Assembly: GCA_964345995.1 (NCBI GenBank)
Contig: CAYFST010000001.1
Location: forward strand, 269 to 64,268
Length of the DNA: 64,000 bases
From: an uncultured Gammaproteobacteria bacterium
Lineage (GTDB): Bacteria > Patescibacteriota > Patescibacteriia > 2-12-FULL-60-25
Direction: 5' to 3'
Each line of letters begins with the position of its first letter. Within the stretch, counting starts at the first letter, position 1. Position numbers and translations under genes: made by a program. The notes beneath the pieces were generated by a model. The model was not told where the DNA came from. It searched no databases and worked only from the letters and a program-made list of their open reading frames with translations. This document shows positions 27,426-38,500 of this stretch, piece after piece.

Positions 27426-28685
27426 CTAGGGCATGAAACTTTCAAAAATCTTTTTTAGAGGCGCAGAAGCTTTGTCGATTAATCCTCCGATTTTACCGCC
27501 GCTAAAACCCGCCCCCGAATCTTCTTGCTTTTCAGCCTCGTAACCCCACTCAACCAAACCAACCGCAACCGCAAAAGCCGGATCTTGAACCAATTCAGGC
27601 ACAGAACTTTCGATGGAAGAAGCGCCAACGGTAGCCGGCAAATGAAAGACTTTGCGCGCAACCTCTGTTATGCCGGGAAGTTTGGCGCCGCCGCCTGTTA
27701 TGATAATACCCGCAGGAAGCATACCGGAACGCTCAAGACTTTGTAATTCTTGTTCCACTTTTTCAAAAATTTCTTCTACCCTGGCTTCTATTACTTCTGA
27801 GACAAATTTTAACTGAACTTCTTCACTGGTTTCAGCGCCATAATCTTTAAGATTAGCCATATCCTCTTTTTTTAGATCATCAGGTAACGCGTTCCCGCGG
27901 GCTCGCTTGAGCCTTTCGGCGACATCAAATGAAGTACGCAAAGTGTAAACCAGATCCGATGTGATGTGATCCGAACCTATTAGAAAGGTATTAGCATGCG
28001 CCAATTCATTATCTTCATAAACAGCCATACCCGTGGTTGTGGCACCCAAGTCTATAACGCAGACTCCTTGCTCTTTAGCTCGTTTGCTCATTACGGCCTC
28101 AGCGGCAGCAAGTGGCGAATAGACCAATTCCACTATATCGACTTTGGTGCGAAAAACCGCCTTGGTAATGTTGCGCAAATGATTGGCAAGACCTTGAATG
28201 ATTTTGACCTCTGACTCTAAGCGGATTCCCTGCATACCAACAGGATCTTTAATATCGGTTTGACTATCGACTGTAAATTTTTTGGGCAAAACATGAATCG
28301 CTTCGTAATTGGGAGTTTGCGCGCAAGCCTTGGCCGCTTCTATGGAACGTGCGATATCTTCTTGACGAACGGTTTGATCGTTGCGTGATACTCCAATGAT
28401 TCCTTTTGAGTCTTCGACTTTTATTTGCGTTCCTCCAATGCTTACATAAACCTCTTCTATTGGGATGCCGATAACTCGCTCGGCTTGATCGAGACAAGAA
28501 GAGATTGAACTCACAACATCTTCAAAAGAAGTTATGTTGCCTTTGGAAATGCCTTCGGATCTGGTTTCAGCGGCGCCAATGCATGTAATGGGACCCAATG
28601 CGCCCTTTTCCGGCATTATTTGGCCGGCGACTATTCTTATGGCTGATGAACCTAAGTCCAATCCTACTATTAATTGCCCTTTCAT
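27426..28685 (-). CDS. ftsA: cell division protein FtsA
   Basis: Actin-like ATPase motifs VGLDLGSS, DLGATTTG, ITGGGAKLPG. Confidence 0.9.
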   Translation of the reverse strand: MKGQLIVGLDLGSSAIRIVAGQIMPEKGALGPITCIGAAETRSEGISKGNITSFEDVVSSISSCLDQAERVIGIPIEEVYVSIGGTQIKVEDSKGIIGVSRNDQTVRQEDIARSIEAAKACAQTPNYEAIHVLPKKFTVDSQTDIKDPVGMQGIRLESEVKIIQGLANHLRNITKAVFRTKVDIVELVYSPLAAAEAVMSKRAKEQGVCVIDLGATTTGMAVYEDNELAHANTFLIGSDHITSDLVYTLRTSFDVAERLKRARGNALPDDLKKEDMANLKDYGAETSEEVQLKFVSEVIEARVEEIFEKVEQELQSLERSGMLPAGIIITGGGAKLPGITEVARKVFHLPATVGASSIESSVPELVQDPAFAVAVGLVEWGYEAEKQEDSGAGFSGGKIGGLIDKASAPLKKIFESFMP

Positions 28686-29056
28686 ACTCTAGCTAACAAA
28701 TATAAATGCGGCCAAAAAATAATTATAGCCAAAATAACCGCTGTTATGGCCATTACAAGCACCGCGGCCGCGGATATATCTTTAACCATACGCGCGTAAT
28801 CGTGTACGCGTGGTTTAACCATATCCACAAATCGCTCAATAATGCTGTTTAATAATTCTAACACAAGCACAGCACCGATGCATAGTATCAATATAGCCAC
28901 TTCCCATCTCTCCAGAGGAAAAAGCAATATGAGTATAGCTACAACGATAGCGACAGCCACTTGATAGCGAAAACTCTTTTCCTCTCTAAAAGCCAAAAGC
29001 AAACCTTTCCAAGCATTAGTAAAACTTTTATTTAAATCATTGATTGTTGTTTTCAT
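28682..29056 (-). CDS. dgkA: diacylglycerol kinase (DgkA-family small membrane kinase)
   Basis: Three TM helices and ELLNSIIERFVD. 4-nt overlaps with both neighbours. Confidence 0.75.
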   Translation of the reverse strand: MKTTINDLNKSFTNAWKGLLLAFREEKSFRYQVAVAIVVAILILLFPLERWEVAILILCIGAVLVLELLNSIIERFVDMVKPRVHDYARMVKDISAAAVLVMAITAVILAIIIFWPHLYLLARV

Positions 29057-29493
29057 AGTTGTGTTAGTATTTGTTCCTGCCGAGCAAACATCACATCCGC
29101 CTCAGAGCTTGTCGCGTGATCCATGCCCAATAAATGCAGGGTTCCGTGTGCGAGCAAACGTTTGATTTGCTTGGCAAAATCAGCACCACTTTTTTTTATA
29201 TCTTTCTTTACATACGCAGGACAAATAATGATATCGCCCTCTAAAAAAGCTTTACTAACGGCGGATGGATATAGGAATGATAAAACATCCGTGGGTTTAT
29301 CTTTTTTTCGATAAGCTTTGTTATAAACCGTGATTTTCGCTTCACTCACAAAAGCTATGCCTATGCTATATTTTTTTACCTTTATTAAGTGTAAAATCTT
29401 GCGCATTATATTGTTGATTTCTTGTTTACTAAAAGGAACGGGAGTTTTGCCCTGAACAGTTATTTCCTGCATTATTATTTTTTGTTGCTTCAT
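29053..29493 (-). CDS. ybeY: rRNA maturation endoribonuclease YbeY
   Basis: HGTLHLLGMDH zinc-binding motif. Confidence 0.9.
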   Translation of the reverse strand: MKQQKIIMQEITVQGKTPVPFSKQEINNIMRKILHLIKVKKYSIGIAFVSEAKITVYNKAYRKKDKPTDVLSFLYPSAVSKAFLEGDIIICPAYVKKDIKKSGADFAKQIKRLLAHGTLHLLGMDHATSSEADVMFARQEQILTQL

Positions 29494-30914
29494 TGCGTGC
29501 TTGTAGTGTTGTTTGTAGCAGGCTCGGGAATATCGGTTGTTTCTCCGGTTTGCGATGAAGTGGCTTCTTTTACTGATACGGGTTGAGTCATTTCTCCTTG
29601 CTCGGTGGCCGCCGGTTCAAAAGGAAGCTGACCCGTACCTGCCGGAATTACATTTTGCGACAAGCCTTGCAATTCCAAAGAATTCAGTATCATAGAATAG
29701 GCTGTACGGAAATTTATAAATGGCTGTTCGTTCATTTCATAGCTAAGAATAAACACTTTACCGTTCCATGCTATATATGTTGTTAACAAATCAACTCCAA
29801 TTATACCTTCATATCCGCCTTTAGAACGGTATATTAGAATCTGCGATTCATCAATGTCGGGTTTTTGATTCTTGTACCATTCTATTACTTCAATGCCTTG
29901 GGGATTATCTTCAACTTGAATCGTGAAAGTTTCTCCGTGTTTTGAGGCTATGGTGGCTTTGGTACCGTCCGGAGTATCAAGCTTTAAATTCCATTCTTTG
30001 GGAATGAGTATTGACCAACCAATATTACCGTTAATTTCTTTCATTAAGCCGCTTTCCATGAGTTTTGCCGGAGCGCGCCCATTGGGATTATATAAATTAA
30101 ATACTTCATTTCCATCTAAAAAGCCGTCTCTATCGGTATCCGGAGACCTGGGATCGGCTCCAAAAAGCGCCTCTTCCAGATCACTTAACCCATCTGAATC
30201 GGTATCCAAGCCCGCCGGTGGTAAGGGTTCCACCTCGGGCGGAGGGGGCGGTAAAGCAAGCGTGGTAACTTTAGCTTCATTGCTGGATGGGGATTCTCCT
30301 TGTTCGTTACGCGCAAAAATACGATAAAAATACGTTGAGCTGGCCTGCACCGAATTATCCTGAAATCTGGTGCTATTAGGAGGTAAGTCAGTAATACGCG
30401 AAAAAATCGTTTGTTCTTCAGTTCTTCGTTCGATTCTAAAAGCGGATTCATTATCCGAATTATCAGCCCAAGACAAAGAGATGCTGCGCGGATTGGTTGA
30501 TGTGGCGGTTAACTCGTTTGGAGCTTCGGGCAGAGGGGGTGGCGGTTCGGGTTCAGGCTCGGGTTCGGGTTCGGGCTGTGCTACCTGCTCTGCGGGAGGC
30601 GCGCCAAATAACGCGTCCCTGTTTGTATACACAAAATAACCCCCGACGCCGACTAAAAGAAGAAGAACAATAGCGATAGCTATGGGCAAGACAGGAGATT
30701 TTTTCGCGGGCTGACTTTGGTCTTCGGAATCTTTTTTCTTGGATTGCAAATTGGTCTTCAGTGCCGCGCCATAAAATTGATCCGGTATAACATGGATCTC
30801 CGCTCCGCCCGCGCTTTTAATTTGTTTGGATTTGTCTTGGACGGCGTTTTCCTGTTTTTTTGAATCGGCCTTGGGCTCATTGTCGGCCCGTTGCTTTTGT
30901 TGTTCTTCAGGCAT
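29490..30914 (-). CDS. single-pass membrane protein: (PE)n linker, fibronectin type III domain, thrombospondin-type-3-like Ca-binding repeats, C-terminal beta domain
   Basis: TM VLPIAIAIVLLLLVGVGGYFVY. FN3 at about 30261-30524 (ISLSWADNSDNESAFRIERR...YFYRIFARN). DTDSDGLSDLEE...DTDRDGFLDGNE at 30090-30206. Confidence 0.7.
   Translation of the reverse strand: MPEEQQKQRADNEPKADSKKQENAVQDKSKQIKSAGGAEIHVIPDQFYGAALKTNLQSKKKDSEDQSQPAKKSPVLPIAIAIVLLLLVGVGGYFVYTNRDALFGAPPAEQVAQPEPEPEPEPEPPPPLPEAPNELTATSTNPRSISLSWADNSDNESAFRIERRTEEQTIFSRITDLPPNSTRFQDNSVQASSTYFYRIFARNEQGESPSSNEAKVTTLALPPPPPEVEPLPPAGLDTDSDGLSDLEEALFGADPRSPDTDRDGFLDGNEVFNLYNPNGRAPAKLMESGLMKEINGNIGWSILIPKEWNLKLDTPDGTKATIASKHGETFTIQVEDNPQGIEVIEWYKNQKPDIDESQILIYRSKGGYEGIIGVDLLTTYIAWNGKVFILSYEMNEQPFINFRTAYSMILNSLELQGLSQNVIPAGTGQLPFEPAATEQGEMTQPVSVKEATSSQTGETTDIPEPATNNTTSTQ
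30544..30573 (-). repeat. hexanucleotide tandem repeat (GGYTCR x5) encoding (PE)n
   Basis: ggttcg ggttca ggctcg ggttcg ggttcg, read directly from the sequence. Confidence 0.85.
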
Positions 30915-30921
30915 AGTATTA

Positions 30922-32154
30922 TTATTCTGCTAAAGTTGCGCTTTTAATCATATAATTGAATAAAGCTGCAAAGTCCATGGTTTTAGCTCCGTTTGCGGTG
31001 TATTCTAATGTGTATACAGTATCTTTTATGAGCAACCAAGCTGTTAGCATATCTTTGGAATAAACAACTTGAAATCCGTTCATACTATTGCCCGGTATAT
31101 AGTCGGTAGCTGAACTTCCTTGATTATTATTTATAAGCCAGTTTTGCAAATCCGATACTTCATTATTTTTTTGCATTGAGATGTTGATACTGGCGGGCGT
31201 ACCCGTATAAATTATAACTGACCCACTTGGCCCGGGATTTCGACGCCAAGCTTGTGGCAGAGCGAATATCGCTAAACCGATTTTTTCTGTTTTCATGGCG
31301 TCTGAGACCGCAAGAGTTGCATTCGCTAAAGCAGGATCATAGCCGTTTTCCACTTCACTACCATCCTCGAAACCGTCAGCATCCGAATCGACGACATTGG
31401 GGTCCGAACCAAGCAATAACTCTTCGGAATTGGTTAAGCCATCAGCATCAGTATCCGTGCCCGGTTGCATTTTAACCATTTCATCCTCATCACTTTCCAT
31501 TATTTCCATTTCCGGAGCATCAGGATCTTGCATTTCGAATTCATTTTCAGGCTGAACCGGCTCCATAGAATCCATAGCCGAACCATCGGTTTGCGCATTC
31601 ATCATTTCTTCCATCATTCCTACGCTTGTTACTTGTGCCTGTTGTTGCTCCGCTTGGGCTTTTAACAATTCCATCGAAGTCTGAGAGGCGGCCAGCTTGT
31701 CCTCGTCAGGCTTGGGTATAGGCGATTTCACAGGGGCTTCGTCGGATGGTTCGCTTGTGGCCGGTACCGTGGTTGGTGCAACGGATCGGCCAGAATCGGT
31801 AATCAATGAGCCATCTTCTGCGGCAAAATAATTTTGGTAAACAAAATATGTAGCTACTCCCAAGCCGATTACGAGTAGCGGAATTCCGATGCCCAGTACT
31901 ATTTTCCAGGGAAAGCTACTTTTGGGCGCAGCCGGGCTGGCGTTTGGCGCAGGTGTTTGCGGAGTTGGTGGCGCAGGTTCGTTAATATCCGCAAATATAT
32001 CCTCGGGCTCTTTGGTGCCGGATACGTTAATACCCCCTTCTATCTTTTGCGGTTGAGGTGCGGTCGCGTGAGACTTTGCGGGAGCTTGAGACGGCTGTGT
32101 GTTGCCGGAACCTTGATTGGGTTCTACGGGGAGATTATCGGGGGCGTCGAACAT
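30922..32154 (-). CDS. paralogous single-pass membrane protein: Pro-rich N-terminus, TM, Met/Glu-rich acidic segment, thrombospondin-type-3-like repeats, C-terminal beta domain
   Basis: TM IVLGIGIPLLVIGLGVATYFVY. DTDADGLTNSEE...DSDADGFEDGSE at 31333-31458. The C-terminal domain aligns with that of the 474-aa neighbour (..TAWLLIKDTVYTLEY.. vs ..TYIAWNGKVFILSYE..). Confidence 0.7.
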   Translation of the reverse strand: MFDAPDNLPVEPNQGSGNTQPSQAPAKSHATAPQPQKIEGGINVSGTKEPEDIFADINEPAPPTPQTPAPNASPAAPKSSFPWKIVLGIGIPLLVIGLGVATYFVYQNYFAAEDGSLITDSGRSVAPTTVPATSEPSDEAPVKSPIPKPDEDKLAASQTSMELLKAQAEQQQAQVTSVGMMEEMMNAQTDGSAMDSMEPVQPENEFEMQDPDAPEMEIMESDEDEMVKMQPGTDTDADGLTNSEELLLGSDPNVVDSDADGFEDGSEVENGYDPALANATLAVSDAMKTEKIGLAIFALPQAWRRNPGPSGSVIIYTGTPASINISMQKNNEVSDLQNWLINNNQGSSATDYIPGNSMNGFQVVYSKDMLTAWLLIKDTVYTLEYTANGAKTMDFAALFNYMIKSATLAE

Positions 32155-32289
32155 AACTTTGAATAATTAGGGATTAGGATTGAAGTTATTATCAATTACT
32201 GTCATTTGCTTTCAGTTGTTTTCAATGTCTTTCAGATGTAAATAAATGAGAAAAAAATCTGAGAAAATGTAAGTAATTATAAGTATTTT

Positions 32290-32550
32290 TTATTGAAGTC
32301 CGGGAGGGAGGGTTGGCGGAAGAAGCTCGGATTCGCTGGGTTCTAAAGTTGTAGTGGCTCCGGATTGTTGGCCCGGGGGCGTATAATCGGACGGCGGGTC
32401 GTAGCGATTTTCTTGAGCCGGTGAGTTGTTTGCGCCAAATGGCTGATATATGGGACTGTTCGGGTTGGAACTGCGCAAATACCATACCACCCCGGCGATG
32501 GCTAAGACAGCAAGACCCGCGAAAAAGATTATGTAATAAATATATTTCAT
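32290..32550 (-). CDS. small single-pass membrane protein with Pro-rich tail
   Basis: MKYIYYIIFFAGLAVLAIAGVVWYL followed by P/S/Q/G-rich sequence. The ATG lies 1 nt after the giant gene stop. Confidence 0.5.
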   Translation of the reverse strand: MKYIYYIIFFAGLAVLAIAGVVWYLRSSNPNSPIYQPFGANNSPAQENRYDPPSDYTPPGQQSGATTTLEPSESELLPPTLPPGLQ

Positions 32551-32551
32551 A

Positions 32552-35500
32552 TTACCAGTTTATTACGTTAAAGCGTTGGATATACTCGGGATAGTTATTA
32601 TATATTTTCCTGTGATCAGCACCCGAAATGCCATATACAGACCAAAAAGTAGCACAGAATTCTTGGCGTTCAGAATCTTTTAACTTAGTATTATTATCAA
32701 AAATACTTATGATATCTTTTACCCCTGGTTCAAAAGGGCCTGTACAAATATGTTTTGCAGGTTCATCGTCAATGTATTTACAAGAGGCACCAAAATTATT
32801 CCAGCATGCCATGCCTTCGGGTCTGATTGCGGTTTGAGCATTGTTGTATTCATCAGCTGTATTGGGAAGCAGATATCCGCCCAAAACATTTTGTGAGTAA
32901 TCAAGGTCAGCCGCGCCTTGCCAATCATTATGGACAGTCACTTGACCTTGCGGTGAGACGCTGGCCATGTGCCAAAATGGCTTTTTAAAATCTTCCCGTG
33001 TCGAAATATTGTCTTGAGATTGGAAGGTTTGGATAGTATCAGCCGTGGCCAGATAGATTTGAGTCGCGGTTTTAGCCCAATATTCGCGCCAAGACAGGAT
33101 TTTGTTGGGATACTCGTCGATAGATGCATAGGCTTGCGGTTTATTGCCCGCTACCCAGGCCTCCACTTCCGTATCTGATAATGGCGCGGTAAAAAAGCTT
33201 TCTTTCATAAACGGTTCGTAACCAGGTGCCGCGAAATAGAATTCAATAGGTTTATCAAGACCTGATATTGGGGAATCCAAATCGTTTGGATCGGCATAGC
33301 GGAACAAGGCTGTGGCTTGGGCATTGTGTATTTCCAGATGGCAACGAGATAGATCCATAGGTTGTACCAATGGTGATTGCGAGCACACATCCTTGGGGTT
33401 GCAGAAATTCTGACAATTGGGTTGCAGGTTCAAATCCCACTCAGCAAACAATTTCCAAATTCCCAAACCTTGAGTACAGTTATCCATACAAGCATTGACT
33501 CCGATTAACGGACAATTATTATTTTTGGCGCGATCCCATTTAAGCGTGGGGCAGATTAGAGCCGTATGCGGTGCCTGACGCAGATTCAAGACGCCTTGAT
33601 TCAGCCAATTGTAATCACGGGCGCAGGTAAGTCTTTGTGCTGAGTTCTCGGCGTGAACCTGGTCGGTGCCTCTATTTGTATATGAGCAAAGATCGCCGCC
33701 GAATTGATCTACCGTTGTTTGGTACAAATCACCACCTCCCACGCCGGAATTTAACATGTTACGCGCAAGACGTGCTTGGTTATTGGGCCAAATTACGTGC
33801 GGGGTCCACATTTTATCCCAAGGGAACCAGAGATTGACTATTTGATCTTGACAACCCGGGCTATTGGGATTCTCTTTGCAGGCTTTGAGTTTTTGCCAGC
33901 CTTGGCTATCGAGCAGAGTTGGGCGACCGTAGCTTAAATAACCTTCGCCCCGGGCCGGGCGTGGGTAAATGAAGATCATGCCTAGCATTTCTTGAAAGGG
34001 GAAGCTCTCGGCCGAGAATTCATCAGTGGTGAAAGACCAGTAACCGCCACGCTCGCCTTCGTCGATATCCATATCGAATTCATGCGCGATTGAGGGCAGG
34101 CAGCCGTCAGCCGGACGTTCGTTGACCGGTTCGGTGCAGATGTTATTATCGAACATGTCGATGGTTAACTTGTATTTATCGCATTCACCGCGCGAGGCCA
34201 GATTATTGAATTCGAAGCGGCCATTTTCATCGGTTAGTTTTTGGTCTACGACTATGTTGCGGTATTGCAAGGATACACGCGCGCTTGGTACGGGCTGGAG
34301 CCACACGCGATCCATGATATAGCCATGAATTGTGGCATCGCCGATTTCATCCGAACAGCGACCGCAACCACCGGGTTTACAATCGGGCGTGCAAATTGGC
34401 TTATCATTAGATTCGTAAACCGTTCTAAAACCGTTTTGGGCTCCGATTTGATTGACACAGCGATAAAATGTTGTTTTGGACGGCCATTCGTTTTGTGGTA
34501 ACCAATATGACTCCAACGTAAGGATGTTTGTGTTTTTTACTGGATGAAGTGCCGTTGTAGATTCCGTTCCCATTAAGCCGCAGTCTATAAGAATTTGATT
34601 TAATAGTCTATTATTATTGACATCGTTAATTATCTTTTCCGCTTTCAATACACAGCTCTTGAATGATGGGTCATCGCAAGTGTAATTTTTAGCCGCTGTA
34701 GAAGATGTTATTTCAATAGCACGATTAAGCTGGCTGTTAAGCGCGAAATCATAACCTAATTGTTCGCAAGTTAAATCGGTTGGATTATCGCCCTCAGCCA
34801 TGATTTGGCAGGGCGGGTTTTCGCAAACTTCGCCAATATATCCTTTAACGGCAATTGTGTTGGCATTTGCGGTGGTGACCTCTGAGCCTAGGACGTAGTT
34901 AGCAGGGTCATAATCGGCCGGCTCAACAGGGATATTGCCGTCACACTGCTCGCCCGGTTCTTTGATGCCGTTACCGCAATAACCGCCGGCTTTAGCCAGG
35001 ATTTTGCACTGAAGCGAGCAATCGTTGCAGGTTGAGCCGTATTGGGCTTGGCAGACGGATTTACCGTTGTTCACACCATGGTCGCATTCTTCGACGTTAG
35101 TGTAGAGGTGGCCGTCGCCGCAGACGTTTAACTTACAGGTGGGCAGGCAAGCTTTGTTGTTGCCATTTTCAAAACCATCATCGCATTCTTCACCGGGATT
35201 CAAGATACCGTCTCCGCAATAATTGGCAATTATGCATTTACTCCATGTAGACTCCCATTTACATTGATTGGTAACACCCGGTTTTTTACAACGTCGAATA
35301 TGTTCTGTTGCGTAATCGCGACAAATGCCTTGAGAAATATTATTGGAACATTGCGCGTCTGTGTCACAATTTATGCCAAGATTAAGAGCTACACACTCCT
35401 GTCCGTCGCCACAACCTGAATCTGTTTGACAGGCTTGATAGGTTGATACGATGTTTGGATTATTGGCAAATAACGTGCCTGTAATTAATGATTTGCGTTC

Positions 35501-38500
35501 GGCCGAACTAAGGCAAACGCTGGCCGCGGTTGCGCAACGAGTTTGAGTAAAGCCTTCGCAGGATTGATAATTCAGTCCTTTTTTGTTGGGTATTGGATTA
35601 ATTATACAGCTGGTACCGGGGCAATCTTCGTCGGTTCTGCAAAGTTTTTGAAATCCTGTATTTTGATCACAGATGCCAGTGGCTGGTCCGCAAAGATAAT
35701 CTCCGCAATCGTCGTTGGATACGCAGGGCTGTTCTTTGTATGGACCTTCGGAACAGATGGCTGTGATTGTGCGCAGTACCTCACCGTCGCATTGTTCGGG
35801 TCCGTTGGTTTTACCATCACCGCAGTAAGGCGCTTTACCAGTACAGCCAAGGCCGCAGGTATCGGCAAGAGGCGTAGTGCCGTAACACATGGCCGTATCG
35901 GCGCAGTAAGCGCCGTTACCGTTGGCAGGGTCGGAGCCGGCGTCGCAATCCTCACCCGGACTTAGTTGGCCGTCGCCGCAGTATTTATCGTAACCCGTGC
36001 AATCGAGGTTGCAATGGCCGTATGTCCCGTTTAACACGCCGTCATCACATGTTTCTTGAATTTCACAAGTTTGACCAGCTTCACAATCAGCGTCGCTTGT
36101 GCAGGCTCCGTCTGTGATATTGCCCCCGCAAAGCCCATCCAGGCGACCATTACCGCAAGCAACTTTGGGCCGGCAAACCGATAGAATAGGATCTTGAGCC
36201 CAACGTTGGCAATCTTCGCAAACAGTGAGCATAAAACCATCGGCCTCGCCCGGTGCGGAATAATCACAAGTTTGGATTTTGGTTTCGCCAAGTTCGCAGA
36301 ATTCTTCGGCCGAACAAGTTGAGCCCGGGCATTCGGAATCATCCGCACATTGGTTACCGGCATTAACACCGCCGGCGCAGACCAGGCCTTTGATGCCGTC
36401 GCCGCAAATACCACTTATACCCATAACATCGTTATTGCAGATATTTTTGAATTTATAACGGAAACCGGCCGGTTGGCAGGAATTTACCGGGGCGGGCTCG
36501 GTACAAGATGCGGCCTTCGGATCTAAACAAGGCTTACAATCAGCATCAACCGTACACCAGCGTCCGTCGCTGATCGGGTTGTCGGTACGGCAATATTTAA
36601 GCTCCACATTGCCAATATTAACGGCGCTCCACCATTTTTCTGCAAAAAGAGGATTGCCTTGCGGATCGGTTACAAAGCTCATGGGCGGGACTTCGAAATT
36701 GGCAGCCAGTTCATAACGACGGCCGGCGTCAAAGGAACGGTATTTATAGAACCTGGAGGGAGCAAACGGTTCTTCGCTGCCATAAGGATCGTAGTTTGTT
36801 TGTGGCTGTGAGCCGTCGGCTTCCATATACGGGCACTTGAATTGGAGTTCCTCCGGATTCCAGCAAGTTTGCGTGTTATAACCCTCCTGCTCTTCGCAGA
36901 AATAGCCTTCGTTACAGTCTTCATCGGTTGCGCATGGCACGGTGCTTTGCGTGGCCGGGTTATCAACCGGCTTACAAAGTCCGCAAGTAATGAGACGATT
37001 AACAGGATCTAAGGGCATGGTGATGCCTAATTGATTGCCGAGTTGTTCTTGCCATGAGGGCCAACGCGAATTGGTGCGGGATTTTTGAAAAGTACCCTCG
37101 GATAAAACAGGGTAACGTTGGTTGGCGCTGTAATAATCATCCATGGCTTTACGAATGGATTTAAAATCGGCCAAGCGCTTGATATCGTGTTGTAATTTGT
37201 ATTTGAAGCTGGCGCAACGCAATTTGTCATCAGGAGAATTGTCAATTTTAAGACAATCCCAATCAGAAACACAAGTAACCGGAGCCGCCATAGCAGGATT
37301 GAGATAAATCTCACCCTGGCTTACGCCGGTTTGACCGCCTTTAACACAAACATTGCTGTTGTCAAAATTAAAATTAATGTTAAAGGCTACGTTATTGACC
37401 AATTGTTCAAAAATTTCTTGTGTAATGGTTGAAGCGCCAATGTTATGTGAAATTACCAGAATATTAGGATAGATGTTTCGTTCGATACCGGTTGTGTTAG
37501 GGAAGCTGATGTAAACCGTACCGCCATCGCGCACAGCCGGGTAGCCATCGATTTCGAACTGCTCGGGAGAACCCAAGAAGCCCTGCCTGCGATACCATTC
37601 AAGCGGGGTATCCATGTAAGGATTGCGGTATACGCGGATACCGATACCATCTGATTTATAAGCCGGGACATTGAAAGTAAATAGATATTGCCTCAAAATA
37701 CCTGAATCGATGTCGGACTGGGATAAGGGAATCAAGCTGGGATTTAGCGCCGGCATTAAACCATTTTCATGGTCGCGACAATACATGGTTTGAAAATTGA
37801 AAAAAGGTCCGTTGGGATAAGTTGCGTAAAGATCATCATAGAGCTGGCTGAGCCACAGCTCATTCGGGTTGCTAACAATGCTTTGATCGGCATCGCGAAA
37901 GGGATCAAAGCGTTCACCTTGGCGCGGAGGCCACGGGTATTCGCAAATAAAGACGGTAACCGGTTTTGAAGCGCTTACGAGACTGCCCTTTGTATTACCA
38001 TTACCCAAAGTGTCTTCAGTTATTTTTAAAGAAGCGAAAACCCAAGTATAACCGCTTTTATCTGATACTCTGACGGCGGATTGTGTTGTTTCTTGGCTGT
38101 AACTGGCTTGCTCATCATTGGTTTGAGCCAACTCGGGATTGTTGATTACCCATGGTTCCCATTGCCAATTATATAAACCGGGTATAGGGCTGATGGCCTG
38201 AGCTTGACCGTTTTGCACCGATTTGGCGCTGGCTTGCAATATATGCTCTTCGAAAGCTTGGTCAAAATAGAAAGGGCTGTAATCAACAGTCGGATCAATA
38301 GGTCCGTTATCTTGTATATTAATGGTATTTATGCGACAGATATCGGAACCGGTTTCAAACCACCAGGAAAATTCCCAGTCGTTACTATTGGCAATTTCAC
38401 CTCCCACATCGGCTATAGCAGTGACGTTGACCGCAGTACGTATACCTTGTTTGATATTGTCATCGTCTGCGGTAAGCAAATCGTCATCGCCTTCGAAGCG

